Below, one piece after another: positions 33,376 through 42,959 of a stretch of DNA of 64,000 nucleotides. This DNA comes from Verrucomicrobiota bacterium (GTDB lineage Bacteria > Verrucomicrobiota > Verrucomicrobiia > Limisphaerales > UBA11358). The translations under genes were made by a program, and so were the position numbers. The stretch covers positions 5,357 to 69,356 of the forward strand of contig JBEKZM010000016.1 of the NCBI GenBank assembly GCA_049509875.1. Reading direction: 5' to 3'. The notes beneath the pieces were generated by a model that saw only the letters and a list, made by a program, of their open reading frames with translations, had not been told where the DNA came from and did not search any database. Every line of letters begins with the position of its first letter. Within the stretch, counting starts at the first letter, position 1.

Positions 33376-34944
33376 CTATGGGTTTGGTTTCTTTTGATTT
33401 TGGTTGTTGTTCGCGTTGTTCGCGCCGTTATTGCCGCTGTTGCCCGAATTGCGGGTCTGGGCTGGCGCTGCTCCTTGCGCGTTGCCCTGGCCCGGTTGGT
33501 TGGCGTTACGCTCCAGCACCTGGCCATTGCCGGGGTGCGGCTGCTCCGGGACGTTGACCTGACGTTGTTCGAATTGCGACCCGGCCCGCTGCTGGCCGGC
33601 CTCGCCGCCGGCCGTCACCGCGGCGCGATTCTGAATTTGGTCTGGCGCCATGACGCGGCTGGACTCAGTCAACGCGCTGCGGGTCTGAGGCTGTTGCTGC
33701 GGCAGTTGTGGCTGATGGACGGAGATTTGGGATTCACCGCGGTTGGCCGCGGCCGATGGTGCAGCCGGGGCCGGGAAACGGTAATTCCCCGCTGCGGGAC
33801 GAACTGCATTGCCGTTCAGACCGGTGGGACGGGCCACCGGGACGGGGCGCAGGGTCTGCTCAAAGCCCGGGCCGCGAAAACCCTGGCGCCCGGCGTTGGC
33901 TATCGAGCTGACAGGCACCGGTTCGATCGGACGGTGCGCGGCCGCGGCGATGCGCTCCGGCCCAAAGCCGCGGTTGACGAGGGTCCGGTTGTTGACGCTA
34001 TAGTTATTGACGATGGTCGTCCGATGGAACACCTCGGTGAGGCGTTCACGCGGCACACAAAAGGAGCGCGGCTGCCGGTCGCAGAAGTGAGCCGGCGACA
34101 CGAAGACGAAGCAGTCGGCCGCCAACCCGAAATCAAAATCCACGCCTGTGGCTGCACCCCGGTAGAAGAAGCCGGCGCCGGGAACGAACACCGCAAAAGG
34201 GGGCAGCGGCGCCCAACCGCAATAATCGCCGCCTGAACGCCAGGCCACCCACGACGGCGCCCAAACGGTGTCCGGATACCAGCACCAGCCGAAGCGTGGG
34301 CTCCGGAACCAGCGGCCGTAATGGAATGTGGCGCCCCAGGAATAATCGGAATCCCAATACCAGCCATAATCGCTGTAGATCCAACGGCCGCTGTCACAAT
34401 ACGGGCTCCAAGCGACGTTATAAAAGGCCACCGTCGGCCGCCAGCAGCGGCCGTAGCCGTCCACTTGCACCCACGCGCCGTAGGGCGTCAGAGTGTTGTT
34501 AAAATAATCGACGGATATGTCCGCCGGCGGGGGCGACATCGAAGTGTCCGGCGCCACGGGCGCGGCGACGGGGGCGGAATCCGGCACCGGGGCGGGCGCG
34601 GGCATCGCGCCGCCGCCGGACAAGGCCCTGTCGCGGTCCATCATCGCATTGATGAGGTCTGGGGACGCACCCATGTCCCGCAGGTAAACGATCTTGTCCG
34701 CGTCCAGATTGAATGGGCTTTGAGAAGTGAGAATATAGCTTTTGACCGTAGCAGCATCGACGCCGGCCTGGAGCATTTTGATCACGTCCGACAGGGGGCT
34801 GCCCGGCACGATATCCGCCGGTGCGCCGGCCTCCGCCGCCGCCGGCGGAGTTGATTGTCCCTGCGCTTGACTGATCGTGCCGGTTGTGGCTGTAACGGCC
34901 ACCGCCAATGCCAGCAGGGCGGTGCCACAGAATACGGATTTCAT
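33376..34944 (-). CDS. secreted Trp-rich repeat protein with a low-complexity Q/N/G-rich tail, function unknown
   Basis: Signal peptide MKSVFCGTALLALAVAVTA. The central block YGAWVQVDGYGRCWRP...WSPYCDSGRWIYSDYGWYWDSDYSWGATFHYGRWF...WCWYPDTVWAPSWVAW has repeated W-x-x-G-x-W-like units. The C-terminus is NSGNSGNNGANNANNNQNQ. Confidence 0.6.
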   Translation of the reverse strand: MKSVFCGTALLALAVAVTATTGTISQAQGQSTPPAAAEAGAPADIVPGSPLSDVIKMLQAGVDAATVKSYILTSQSPFNLDADKIVYLRDMGASPDLINAMMDRDRALSGGGAMPAPAPVPDSAPVAAPVAPDTSMSPPPADISVDYFNNTLTPYGAWVQVDGYGRCWRPTVAFYNVAWSPYCDSGRWIYSDYGWYWDSDYSWGATFHYGRWFRSPRFGWCWYPDTVWAPSWVAWRSGGDYCGWAPLPPFAVFVPGAGFFYRGAATGVDFDFGLAADCFVFVSPAHFCDRQPRSFCVPRERLTEVFHRTTIVNNYSVNNRTLVNRGFGPERIAAAAHRPIEPVPVSSIANAGRQGFRGPGFEQTLRPVPVARPTGLNGNAVRPAAGNYRFPAPAAPSAAANRGESQISVHQPQLPQQQPQTRSALTESSRVMAPDQIQNRAAVTAGGEAGQQRAGSQFEQRQVNVPEQPHPGNGQVLERNANQPGQGNAQGAAPAQTRNSGNSGNNGANNANNNQNQKKPNP

Positions 34945-35125
34945 TCGATTATGTTTTCGGTTATGCGGGTGAACGGTGCTTCCAACGAGGAATTGACCGG
35001 TGGAGGGACCCGGGTGTTCACCGGTTCATCGCATGACTCTGATGATGGGTTTTTCTGATGCCCCGCGCCAGTTAAATCAGGATCAGAAACCTGGAGAGAG
35101 TGGCTAATATCCCATAGGCACGGGA

Positions 35126-37234
35126 TCAACCCGTGCCGCCCAGCGCTTTTTTGACGATCCGCGTGAGCGCGGTAGCGTCGTAAGGCTTGAAGAGAAAGTT
35201 CACACCCTCGATGAGTTTTACATCCGGATTGACAAAATCCACGCTATAGCCGGTGGAATAAACGACTGGCAACCCCGGCTGGTCGTGTAATAGCCGTTCC
35301 GCCAATTCCCGCCCGGTCAAGCCCCCGGGCATCATCATATCGGTGAACAGCAGGTCAATCTTCCCCTGCATTTGGGGCCAGATCTCCAGGGCGTCCGGCC
35401 CGTCCCGGGCCGTCACCACATTGTATCCCAGCCGTTTTAGGATCTTCTCCGCCATGCCCCGCAAGGCGGGCTCGTCTTCCACGATCAAAATCGTGCGTGG
35501 CTTGGTAACGGTCGCCTTGATCAAATCCGTCCCCGATTCGAAGGATTTTTTGACCGGGCCGTGCGCAGGTGGCAGATAGACCATGAACACCGTGCCCGCG
35601 CCCAGCGTGGATTCCACTTCAATCCAACCTTGATGCTGTTTGACAATCCCATAAACCGTGGCCAGTCCCATGCCGGTGCCTTTGCCCACGGCCTTGGTCG
35701 TGAAGAATGGTTCAAAGATCTTGCGCCGCACATTTTGATCCATGCCCACGCCGGCATCGGCAACGCTCAGTTTCACGAAGGTGCCTGGAATGGCATCCGG
35801 CTGGAGCTGCTTGTGACTGGCATCCACCACGGCAAGTTCCGCGCGGATCGTCAGCGGTCCGCCCCGGGGCATGGCATCGCGCGCATTGACGGCCAGATTG
35901 ATGACGACCTGCTCCAGGTTGACCTGGTCGGCCAGGACGGGGGGCAGGCTTTCCGCACACTGAATATGCAGCTGAATGTTTTCGCCGATGATGCGCTGGA
36001 GCATCTTGTCGAGATTGGCCAGGACTTCCGACACATCGAGCGCGCGCGGCCGCAGCATTTGTTTGCGGCTGAACGCCAGCAACTGGCGGGTCAGGGACGC
36101 CGCCCGGTTGGCGGCATTGGCGATCTCCTGGAGGGACTCCAGCAGCGATTCGTCACGATGGCCGACGTTCAATTGCAACTCGGCGTGGCCTTGAATCACG
36201 CCCAGAATATTATTGAAGTCATGGGCGATGCCGGCGGCAATCTGTCCCACGGCTTCCATTTTTTGGGCCTGCCGCAATTGGTTTTCAATGTTGATCCGTT
36301 CGGTCACGTCTTGCAGCGACATCAACAGGTGGGGGCGATTCTGCAGGTCCAACGGCTCCGCCGAAACCAGTGCGGTGACCGTTTTGCCGTCGTGGGTGCG
36401 CAATTCCAATTGCCGGCCGTCCACGGGACGTTGGGCGGAAACGTCTTCCCGAATTTGGTGCCAGATTTCCGGCCGCACAAACATCTCCAGCGCCTCCGGC
36501 GTGCGCGCCAGCACCTCCTCGCGTTTAAAACCGGTCAAGGCCAGAAAGCTGTCATTGACGTCCACGCACCGGCCTTCCGACGCGTCCGACAAGAGCAACG
36601 GCACGGGATTGTTGCGAAAGGCCTTCGCAAAACGCTCCTCGGAAGATTGCAGGGCCTGGTTGGTTTCCTGCAGGCTGCGCGTGCGCTGGGCCACCAGCGC
36701 GTCCATCTCTTTAAGATGCGCGCGCAATTGCCTGGCGAGAAGCCACTTGCGCGTCAATGAATGCGCTAATTGCAGCACTTCCACCGCCTCAAACGGTTTG
36801 CGGAGGACCACCAGGTTGTCGGAGTGCCCCAGCCGCGCCATCATGTCCGGCCACGAATAGTCCGAATAAGCCGTGCAGATTACCACCGGCAGATCCGGAT
36901 CCAACTTCCAAATGCGATCCACGGTTTCGATGCCGTCCCAGCCAGGCGGCATCCGCACGTCCACGAAGGCGAGCGCGTAGGGGCAGCCATCCTTGGTCGC
37001 CTGCTCCACCAGCCGCAAACCCTCCTGGCCCTGGGATGCCGAATCAATCCGATAGAGCGGCACCTGGAAGGGCGCCGGTTCGGTCGCTTCGCCAAAGAGC
37101 AGCGATTCCGCCTTCCTCAATTGGTCGTCGGCTGCCTCAGGAGCCGCCAGGATCTTCCGGAAGTCCGCGTGAATTGTCACGTTGTCATCGATGATCAAAA
37201 CGCGGTTTGCGGCCGGCATGGTGGCTGGATCCAT
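35126..37234 (-). CDS. hybrid sensor histidine kinase / response regulator (REC-PAS-HisKA-HATPase-REC)
   Basis: N-terminal receiver (VLIIDDN...FVDVRMPPGWDG), a PAS-like segment, the H-box AAGIAHDFNNIL, the HATPase G-boxes DAGVGMD and GTGMGLATVYGIV, and a C-terminal receiver (ILIVEDEP...LLFTDMMMPG). Confidence 0.9.
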   Translation of the reverse strand: MDPATMPAANRVLIIDDNVTIHADFRKILAAPEAADDQLRKAESLLFGEATEPAPFQVPLYRIDSASQGQEGLRLVEQATKDGCPYALAFVDVRMPPGWDGIETVDRIWKLDPDLPVVICTAYSDYSWPDMMARLGHSDNLVVLRKPFEAVEVLQLAHSLTRKWLLARQLRAHLKEMDALVAQRTRSLQETNQALQSSEERFAKAFRNNPVPLLLSDASEGRCVDVNDSFLALTGFKREEVLARTPEALEMFVRPEIWHQIREDVSAQRPVDGRQLELRTHDGKTVTALVSAEPLDLQNRPHLLMSLQDVTERINIENQLRQAQKMEAVGQIAAGIAHDFNNILGVIQGHAELQLNVGHRDESLLESLQEIANAANRAASLTRQLLAFSRKQMLRPRALDVSEVLANLDKMLQRIIGENIQLHIQCAESLPPVLADQVNLEQVVINLAVNARDAMPRGGPLTIRAELAVVDASHKQLQPDAIPGTFVKLSVADAGVGMDQNVRRKIFEPFFTTKAVGKGTGMGLATVYGIVKQHQGWIEVESTLGAGTVFMVYLPPAHGPVKKSFESGTDLIKATVTKPRTILIVEDEPALRGMAEKILKRLGYNVVTARDGPDALEIWPQMQGKIDLLFTDMMMPGGLTGRELAERLLHDQPGLPVVYSTGYSVDFVNPDVKLIEGVNFLFKPYDATALTRIVKKALGGTG

Positions 37235-37348
37235 AGTTCTAAAGCACAGGTTTCATTTGCGGATCTCGGGGCATCGATTGATCATGATTGCGATTCGTTG
37301 TGGCATTGGCCAAATAATGGTGTGTGGCGGCACGGCCTTAATTTGCGC

Positions 37349-37378
37349 CAGGAGCGTTGGCTTCAGCCCGCTTCAATG
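37349..37378. repeat. 30-nt GC-rich hairpin repeat, copy 2 (inverted relative to 26977-27006)
   Basis: CAGGAGCGTTGGCTTCAGCCCGCTTCAATG. A related variant, GAAGCGGCATAAATGCCTCGCTCC, follows at about 37399-37423. Confidence 0.6.
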
Positions 37379-37656
37379 TCTGTTTGCAAGTTCACGATGA
37401 AGCGGCATAAATGCCTCGCTCCACATATTAAGGCACTACCGCCATGGCGCGATATGTTTATTACTTCCACTTCGGCCAATTCCTAGACCGGGTTAAGCCA
37501 AATTATCAAAACGGCGAAAAGACCTTTCAGTTTTCGAGGTTTCTGAAGGCAAAATGGCCCGATCCCGGGGCGGAATCAAGCGGAAAGGCGCGGTGACCGT
37601 GTCCAGGAGGTTTAAAAACCATTGGCCCGGTGCCGGCCTTGGCTTATGCTGGTGGC

Positions 37657-37980
37657 ATGGAACCGGAATTATTTAAGGCCAGCCGTTGGACGCGCGGGAA
37701 CCACCTGTTTCCGACAATCATAGAGGTCAACGACCGGGCCATCGTCCGCCACAAGCGGTCTTGGTTCAGCAAGGATGAAATCAGCATCAGCATGTCCAAA
37801 GTGGCGTCGGTGCACGTCAAGACCGGCGTTTTGTGGTCGGACATCCTGATCGAGTCCAGCGGCGGCACCGACCCGTTTACCAGCCACGGCCACCGCAAGG
37901 CGGATGCGCAGCGCATCCGGTCGCTGGTGGAGGCGGCCCAAGGAGCCCCGGGCGGGCCGGACCAGTTGAAACCGGTGTAG
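37657..37980 (+). CDS. small hypothetical protein (possibly bacterial PH-domain-like)
   Basis: 107-aa ORF from the ATG at 37657. The pattern ...IIEVNDRAIVRHKRSWFSKDEISISMSKVASVHVKTGVLWSDILIESSGG loosely resembles bPH-type domains. No stronger evidence. Confidence 0.4.
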   Translation: MEPELFKASRWTRGNHLFPTIIEVNDRAIVRHKRSWFSKDEISISMSKVASVHVKTGVLWSDILIESSGGTDPFTSHGHRKADAQRIRSLVEAAQGAPGGPDQLKPV

Positions 37981-38029
37981 GCCGGTTTGTGTGCGGAGTT
38001 CGGAATGGGGCGAAGCTACGCCCGGTGCC

Positions 38030-38560
38030 TCACTTCTTTGGGGCGTTCGTGCTGCTATCCGAACCAAACTCAATCGAGGCGGAGTTGATGCAGTAGCGCA
38101 GGCCGGTGGGGGCGGGGCCGTCGTCAAAGACGTGGCCGAGGTGGCTGCCGCAATTGGCGCAGAGCACTTCCGTCCGGCGCATGCCGAGGCTGTCGTCGGT
38201 GTGCTCCACCACCACGCCCTTCGCGGCCAGGTCGGAAAAGCTGGGCCAGCCGCAGCCGGATTCGAACTTGTCCTGGGATGTGAACAGCACCGCCCCGCAC
38301 GCGGCGCAACGATATACGCCGGGCTCGGCCGTCTTCCAGTATTTGCCGGTGAAGGGCCGCTCGGTGCCGGCCTCGCGCAGCACGCGATATTGCTCGGGCG
38401 TCAAAATCTTGCGCCATTCCTCCTCGGTTCGGTGAAACGGAAATGTCATGGTCGAATTGGTCGAATTGTTCAGGGCCGCCGGACTGTTGGTTGGGTCCGC
38501 CGTGCAGCCGGTCACTGCCAGACTCGCAGCCAGCAGGCAAATTTTCAAATGCGTTTTCAA
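38030..38560 (-). CDS. msrB: peptide-methionine (R)-S-oxide reductase MsrB, possibly with a lipoprotein signal (alternative cytoplasmic start at 38449)
   Basis: The two SelR zinc CxxC pairs (YRCAACG and VLCANCG) and the catalytic RYCINS. A TTG at 38560 would add [19 protein letters not shown] (lipobox VTGC). The ATG at 38449 ([12 protein letters not shown]) gives a canonical cytoplasmic MsrB. Confidence 0.8.
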   Translation of the reverse strand: MKTHLKICLLAASLAVTGCTADPTNSPAALNNSTNSTMTFPFHRTEEEWRKILTPEQYRVLREAGTERPFTGKYWKTAEPGVYRCAACGAVLFTSQDKFESGCGWPSFSDLAAKGVVVEHTDDSLGMRRTEVLCANCGSHLGHVFDDGPAPTGLRYCINSASIEFGSDSSTNAPKK

Positions 38561-38597
38561 TTTATTGTCGTCCTCCTCCCCATGCTCGTGATCGTTC

Positions 38598-41500
38598 TCA
38601 TCCGGCCGGCCCCTCCTTTTCCATGGCCCGCAATTCGCGGAACTCATGGGTCCAGTCGTCAATCCGGCACACGGCGCGGTAATCGCAGTAATCGCAGGCC
38701 GTCACGGCGCCTTTGCGGTACGGGTCCACGGACGCCGCGCCCGCAAAGATTTGCTCTCCGATCCTGCGCAATTGCGCCTCCACCTGGTCAAGGAGGCCGA
38801 TGAATTCCCGGCCCGCCAGCGCCTCGGTGGAATTTGACCGCACTTGGCCATCGGTGTTCAACCCGTAATTGAACTGGTCGCGCGCCCGCGGCCGGTCGAG
38901 GTGATCCAGGAAAGCGGCGTCAAACCGGCCGGTGTGACGGTAGGCCAGCCGGCGGGCGGTTTCCGCGCCGGCCAGCACCTCAGTCCGCGACGCCCCGCCT
39001 TCAAACTGCCCGCGCAGGTTCACGTAGAACACCCCCGCGGGAACAACTTGTTCGGCGCCGAAGAATTGGACGGGCCAGCGCCGGACGGCCGCCAGATACG
39101 ACAGCAGTTGCAATTGCACGCCGTGCTGAATCAAAACATTGTCCAGTGTGCGGAGGCTGGACTTGTAATCCATGACCACGGCCAGGGAGTGGTCGCCGGC
39201 GCGGCAGAGGTCGATGCGGTCCACGCGCCCGCGCAGGGCGAGCCGGTGGCCCTGTCCCAGGTCGATTTCCCACGCGGGCAAGGAGGTGTCCCCCAAGCCA
39301 AAACCGGTTTCGGCCTTGACCGGGTCGAACTCATACTGTCCGCGCATCCAGGTCACGAGGGTTTCCACAAAATCCTGCAGGGCGGCGGTCAGGGCGCGGG
39401 CGGCAAAGCGGCTTTCATGATCCGCGCGCAGCAGACCTTCGCGATAAACCGGGGCCAGTTCCGCGGCAATCCGGCCGATCCGCTCGCGGGCTTCGCCGGG
39501 CGAGAGGTCCCGCCAGCGCTGGTTCCCGGCCACGAGTTCCTCGTGAAATTTCCGCAGGATTTCGTGCTGAAAGCTGCCGCGCTCGCGGGCGTCCAGTTCA
39601 TACGTCCGCCGTTCTTCCGCGCGCAGCCCGACGTGGACGAAGAAGCGGAAAGGGCATTGCGCGAATTCTTCCAGGCGGCTGACGGAGGACTTCAGGACGA
39701 GGCCGTGGATTTTTGCGGCGAGGGCAGGGGAGAGGTGGGCCGCTTCGTCCGGCTGGCGCAACTGCGAAAGCCTGGCGGCGAGGGATTGGATGGCAGGAAT
39801 GGCGGCGAGAAATTCGGAAAAGGAAGAATTCCCCGCAGCATGAAACGAAAGTTGGGTCTGAGCAAAGGGGAGGCCCGTCCTCACCCCGGCCCTCTCCCCC
39901 GGGGAGAGGGAGGAACGCTCCCTGCTTTCGGGCGAAACATGGCCCTGTTCGCAAGCTGGTGTCGCTTTGGCTGACAGTTCAGCCGAAGATTGTAGAATTT
40001 CCTCCGCCAGTTCCGCGGGGTGTTGCGCGCTGCGCCAATCAGCCGCGCCGGAAAATTCGGTGACTTCAAGCGGCGAAAGACGCTCCCGCAAATGGGCCAC
40101 GAATGGCGATGGATTCAAGGCGCGACCGCCGCTGTCCTGCCGCGCAAAAGTGACCGCGAGTTTTTGGCTGGCGCGGGTGCAGGCGATGTAGCCGAGATAG
40201 CGCTCGCGCGAGATTTGGTCCAGCACACGGGGACCGAGGGCGACATGCTGCCAATCCAGGTCTTCACGGTCGGAACGCGTCAAAATCACCGGCGCGGCGG
40301 GCGGCGCGGGGAAGACGGATTCGTTGAAGCCCAGCAACAATGCAAATTTCAAATCCGGATTTCGCGCGCGATCAATCGCGCCCACCAGCACCTCGTCCAG
40401 CGCCGGCGGAATGACGCCCACCGAAAGCGCCGCCAGGCCCGCCTCGAGAACCTGCAGCCAGTCGCGCAACGGCAGCCGATCATCCGGGAAGGCCAAAGCG
40501 ACATTTTCCAGCCAGGACGTCATCTGTTCGAAAACGGTTTGATGCAGCGAGGTGGACTGGACGGCAACCGACGAGGCATCGCTCTCCGCCAGGGCCCATT
40601 TCGCCAGGGCGGGCTCCACCTTCAAATCTGTCCACAGCCCGGCGATGGCCTCCGCCAATTGCGTGCCGGTGGGCTCCAATTTCTGGCCGTGCAGCCGTTG
40701 GTGGAGCGTTTCAAAAGGGGCGATGACCAGCCGCCGCAGCCGCTCGCCGCCTGCTTCCGGCAGCGGCTGGCGCCATTTTCGGCCGCGCCAGCCGAATTCC
40801 AGGGCCAGGTTTTCCAGGCGGTCGATTTCCGTTTCCGCCAGCGGCGTGAAGCCCGCTTTCAGGGCGGCAAACCAGTCCTCGTGCTGCCAGTCGTGGGCGA
40901 CGGTGCGCAGCGCGCTGCGGGTCAGTTCGGCCAGCGGGTGGTGCGCCACGTTTTCGCGGCGGTCGAGGAAAAAGGGTATCTCGTAGCGGCGAAAGACGCG
41001 GGCCAGCGGCCGGTGATAGGGATCGAGGTTGCGAACCAGCACGGCGCAATCGCGAAAGCGGCGCCGGTTGTCCTGGCGGACAAATTTCAGCAGTTCCCGC
41101 GCGGCATAGACCGCCTCCGCTTCGGGCGTCGCGCAGGCCGTTAGGGAAATCTCCGAGGGCAAATCCGTAATTTCGAGGTCGGCGATGACGGGCAGGGTCC
41201 AGCCCGCCTCCAGCGCGCCCAGGGCGGATTTCTCGGGGAAACGATTTTTCCCGGGAACCCGAGGGAGTATCTCTGTCCGCACCTGGCATCCGGGCAGCGC
41301 GGCCAAATGCTGGCGGCATTGCTGAAAGGTTTTGCCGATGGCCGACCAGATGGAGAGCCAGGAACCGGACGGGGCCGGCTCGGTTTCTAGGCAGAAGGCG
41401 AGGCTGATGTTCTGGCAGAGGGGCACGACCGCCGCCAGCAGCGCCTGTTCCTGCGGCGTCATTTCGGCAAAACCATCCATCCAAAGTCCCTCGATGACGA

Positions 41501-42101
41501 ACGGCGGCCGGCCGTCGTTGGATCTGGCACGGAGCCGGTCAGTGGCGGCGTCCAGCAGACAGTCCGCGTCCTGCAGGTCATGTGCCCGCAGCCAATCCGA
41601 ATATTTCTCCGTGAGCAGGGCGAGGTCCAGGAGCTTGGCGCGCAATTCCAAGCGCGGGGTTTTGGCGGCGGCAGCCCGGAGCCGGGCGGGACCGATTTGC
41701 TGCTGCTGCAGCTCCGCCAGTTGCTGGCCGAGTTCTTGCGCGAAGCCGGGCTGCCGGGCGCTGCCGCGCAGGAGGTTCAGGTCGCCGTGGTGCTCCCGCA
41801 GCAGCGCACGCAGGACCATCAACCGGCCTTCCGCGGACAACAGCCGGGGCTGGGCGGCGTTCAGTTTTTCAAAAATAAAGGCCGCGAGGCGGTCGAAAGA
41901 CACGACGTGCAACCGGGTGAATCCAGCCAGGCTTTCCCCGGTCAGCAACTGGCGTTCGAGTTGGAACGTGGCCTGTTTGGGAGCCAGCAGCATGACCGGC
42001 AGCGGGTCATCCGGCGAGGCTGCGAGGGCGGCGCGGATTTCGGCCAGGCAGCGGAAGGTTTTGCCGCTGCCGGCGGGGCCCAGAAGGAAGCGCACTTGCA
42101 C
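38598..42101 (-). CDS. addB: AddB-type helicase-nuclease subunit (PD-(D/E)XK nuclease with Fe-S cluster)
   Basis: N-terminal Walker [11 protein letters not shown]. The C-terminal nuclease motifs are GRVDRIDL and VVMDYKSS. The Fe-S ligand pattern is AQCPFRFF ... [10 protein letters not shown], as in AddB/RexB. Confidence 0.8.
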   Translation of the reverse strand: MQVRFLLGPAGSGKTFRCLAEIRAALAASPDDPLPVMLLAPKQATFQLERQLLTGESLAGFTRLHVVSFDRLAAFIFEKLNAAQPRLLSAEGRLMVLRALLREHHGDLNLLRGSARQPGFAQELGQQLAELQQQQIGPARLRAAAAKTPRLELRAKLLDLALLTEKYSDWLRAHDLQDADCLLDAATDRLRARSNDGRPPFVIEGLWMDGFAEMTPQEQALLAAVVPLCQNISLAFCLETEPAPSGSWLSIWSAIGKTFQQCRQHLAALPGCQVRTEILPRVPGKNRFPEKSALGALEAGWTLPVIADLEITDLPSEISLTACATPEAEAVYAARELLKFVRQDNRRRFRDCAVLVRNLDPYHRPLARVFRRYEIPFFLDRRENVAHHPLAELTRSALRTVAHDWQHEDWFAALKAGFTPLAETEIDRLENLALEFGWRGRKWRQPLPEAGGERLRRLVIAPFETLHQRLHGQKLEPTGTQLAEAIAGLWTDLKVEPALAKWALAESDASSVAVQSTSLHQTVFEQMTSWLENVALAFPDDRLPLRDWLQVLEAGLAALSVGVIPPALDEVLVGAIDRARNPDLKFALLLGFNESVFPAPPAAPVILTRSDREDLDWQHVALGPRVLDQISRERYLGYIACTRASQKLAVTFARQDSGGRALNPSPFVAHLRERLSPLEVTEFSGAADWRSAQHPAELAEEILQSSAELSAKATPACEQGHVSPESRERSSLSPGERAGVRTGLPFAQTQLSFHAAGNSSFSEFLAAIPAIQSLAARLSQLRQPDEAAHLSPALAAKIHGLVLKSSVSRLEEFAQCPFRFFVHVGLRAEERRTYELDARERGSFQHEILRKFHEELVAGNQRWRDLSPGEARERIGRIAAELAPVYREGLLRADHESRFAARALTAALQDFVETLVTWMRGQYEFDPVKAETGFGLGDTSLPAWEIDLGQGHRLALRGRVDRIDLCRAGDHSLAVVMDYKSSLRTLDNVLIQHGVQLQLLSYLAAVRRWPVQFFGAEQVVPAGVFYVNLRGQFEGGASRTEVLAGAETARRLAYRHTGRFDAAFLDHLDRPRARDQFNYGLNTDGQVRSNSTEALAGREFIGLLDQVEAQLRRIGEQIFAGAASVDPYRKGAVTACDYCDYRAVCRIDDWTHEFRELRAMEKEGPAG

Positions 42102-42277
42102 CAGACATGTTTAACGCAAAGACGGCGGGACGCAAAGGCGCAAAGTTGGGAGCGCCGGTCACCCGACCCGGTCCGTTCGAAAAGCAGCCCGGCAAAGCCG
42201 CCACCCAAGCGGGCGGAGGGACGAGCGGGAATCCGAAAAAACAGGCCGCCCGGCCGGCCGGAGACAACTCTAATGAT

Positions 42278-42317
42278 TTGACATGGCCGCCAAACTTACC
42301 TACCGTTCGGTAAGTTT
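42278..42317 (+). promoter_or_regulatory. candidate sigma70-type promoter overlapped by a TetR operator palindrome
   Basis: TTGACA (42278-42283), a 17-nt spacer, then TACCGT (42301-42306). Perfect 9-bp inverted repeat AAACTTACC (42292-42300) / GGTAAGTTT (42309-42317), ending directly at the tetR ATG (42318). Confidence 0.5.
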
Positions 42318-42959
42318 ATGGGCAAGCCGGCCAACCACTCCGACACCCGCCAGCAACTGCTGCGCGCGGGGCTGAAGCATTTTGCCAACAGCGGCTACGC
42401 GGCCACCTCGGTGCAGGACATCGTGGACGAGGCGAAACTGTCCAAGCCGGCGCTGTACTACCACTTCAAAGACAAGGCGGGCCTGTTCCAGGCCCTGGTG
42501 CACGAGGCGCATGACGAGCGCTACCGGATCCTGTGCGCGGCCACGGAGAGGCAGAAGGGGATCGGCGCCCAGCTCGAGGCGGCGCTGGCGGGGCTGTTTG
42601 CCTATTTCCGCAGGAATCGCGATCTGATGCGGATCTCCTTTGCCACCATGTTCGCCGCGCCGGGGGAGGTGCCAAAGGACACGGGCTGCGCGGAGAAATG
42701 CGAACGCAATTTCGAGTTCGTGCATTCCCTCATCAAGCAGGCCCAGAAGAAAGGCGAGCTCAGCAACCGCTTCGGCAGTGAAGAACTGGCTTTCGGCCTT
42801 TACGGGCTGGCGAATTTTTATATCGTCGGCCATCTGGTCAGCCGGGACTGCGAGCCGGATGAGTTGACAGCCCGCCGGATTGTGGAATTATTTCTGGCCG
42901 GCGCCGGGCCCAAATCCGGCGCAAGACGTTTCCATCCAATTACCAAAGGGAGAAAATGA
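42318..42959 (+). CDS. TetR/AcrR-family transcriptional regulator
   Basis: N-terminal HTH RQQLLRAGLKHFANSGYAATSVQDIVDEAKLSKPALYYHFKDK. The stop overlaps the next gene's start (ATGA at 42956-42959). Confidence 0.85.
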   Translation: MGKPANHSDTRQQLLRAGLKHFANSGYAATSVQDIVDEAKLSKPALYYHFKDKAGLFQALVHEAHDERYRILCAATERQKGIGAQLEAALAGLFAYFRRNRDLMRISFATMFAAPGEVPKDTGCAEKCERNFEFVHSLIKQAQKKGELSNRFGSEELAFGLYGLANFYIVGHLVSRDCEPDELTARRIVELFLAGAGPKSGARRFHPITKGRK

